From the human T2T-CHM13v2.0 reference genome, Homo sapiens, in NCBI RefSeq assembly GCF_009914755.1, contig NC_060925.1: a stretch of DNA of 64,000 nucleotides. One strand, written 5' to 3'. Under the pieces are notes generated by a model. It was not told the origin of the DNA. It saw only the letters and a list, made by a program, of their open reading frames with translations, and ran no database searches. The translations under genes were made by a program, and so were the position numbers. Positions 63,294 to 64,000 of the stretch are shown piece by piece; position 1 is the stretch's first letter, and every line of letters starts with the position of its first letter.

Positions 63294-63353
63294 ATGGAGC
63301 CGGGGGAGGTGAAGGACCGGATCCTGGAGAACATCTCGCTGTCGGTGAAGAAG
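63294..63353 (+). CDS. PLEKHM2: PLEKHM2 (SKIP) first coding exon, MEPGEVKDRILENISLSVKK
   Basis: Optimal Kozak gccATGG, 20 codons, AAG|gtgagc donor (phase 0), inside a CpG island; matches the known SKIP N-terminus. Confidence 0.94.
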
Positions 63354-64000
63354 GTGAGCGCGGCCTCCCTCCCGGCCGGGGCCCCTTCCTCGCCGCGCCC
63401 CCCACGCCCTCCGGCGGCGCTCTCCCGGGCCGGGGCCCCCCGCCCTTCCCCTCCGCGACCCGGGGGGCGACGAGCGGCCGGGAGCCCCGGGCCGGTAGAG
63501 GGGAAGCGGCGCCGCTCACGTGAGCGCCGCGGCCTCGGAGCTATTTTTAAAGAACAAAGTTGAGGTCAGCATCCTCGGAGCTTCCCCAAACCTGGCCCGG
63601 GGCCCTGCCCTCCCGGAGAGGGGTCAGCGACCCTCCGGTCCCCCACTGGGGCAGCGGCGCCCCCGGGAGCTCCTGAAGGAACCCCATGCAGCCTCCTGTG
63701 GAATCCGCTGCATCCCCGGGTCCCCCCGCCAGGCTGGCGTCGCCCAGGGTCTGGCAGTCAGGGTGGAGGCCAGTGATAAGCAACTTCACTTTCCCATGGC
63801 CTGGGTCCCGGCGACATTGCCTCTGCTCCTGGGAAGTCCCCTGAATAATCTTGCTCAAGGATGGTAGCTTTGAAGAGGTTCACTAGGGGCTTTGATTATA
63901 AGAACCTGAAGTACATGGGGATTGCATTTTGGATGCTGATCCGGGGAACCGGGTGACACCACAGACACCTTGCTGTGGGGCTTGCCGCAGTAAACATCAC

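Larger units (their letters stand above)
62930..63760. promoter_or_regulatory. PLEKHM2: CpG island promoter of PLEKHM2
   Basis: Very high GC and CpG density; GC box ccgccccgcc 63008-63017, TGACATCA 63018-63025, Inr-like TCAGTTC 63023-63029. Confidence 0.9.

Noticed and set aside
61956-63523. Long ORFs 61956..63023 (-), 62236..63519 (-) and 62792..63523 (+)
   Set aside because: Pro/Arg/Gly-rich products of stop-poor GC-rich tandem repeat and CpG-island sequence; no recognisable domain.

Overview
Alu-dense primate (human) genomic DNA that I recognise as the DDI2 / RSC1A1 / PLEKHM2 locus (1p36). All three genes lie on the + strand. The window opens in DDI2 intron 1 and holds DDI2 coding exons 2-9 (UBL end, HDD, retroviral-like aspartyl protease, UIM). 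A ~9.2-kb terminal exon (38568 to ~47775) contains the whole 617-aa RSC1A1 ORF with its C-terminal UBA domain. About 15 kb of repeat-rich intergenic DNA follows, then the CpG-island promoter and first coding exon of PLEKHM2 (SKIP). The most striking structure is at the DDI2 3' end. Exon 9 is a 63-nt phase-1/phase-1 cassette carrying the DDI2 stop codon. Skipping it joins DDI2 exon 8 in frame to the RSC1A1 ORF, predicting a ~1022-aa UBL-HDD-RVP-UIM-RS1-UBA protein with the C-terminal UBA that yeast Ddi1 has and 399-aa human DDI2 lacks. UGCAUG (RBFOX) motifs and inverted Alus around exon 9 suggest how skipping could be regulated. Other items: candidate alternative first exons and an ACG-initiated poly-Gly N-terminal extension for PLEKHM2, a CLEAR-like palindrome beside a MEF2 site, a MER85 inserted in an Alu, an HSMAR2 fossil broken up by Alus, a tailless 5S retrocopy, two solo LTRs, a CCTA/CCTG array and a G-rich promoter repeat. 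Most short ORFs in the supplied track are Alu or low-complexity artefacts. Repeat boundaries were read by eye and are approximate. Exon numbering and full-length protein sizes assume the known 46-codon DDI2 exon 1, which lies outside the window.
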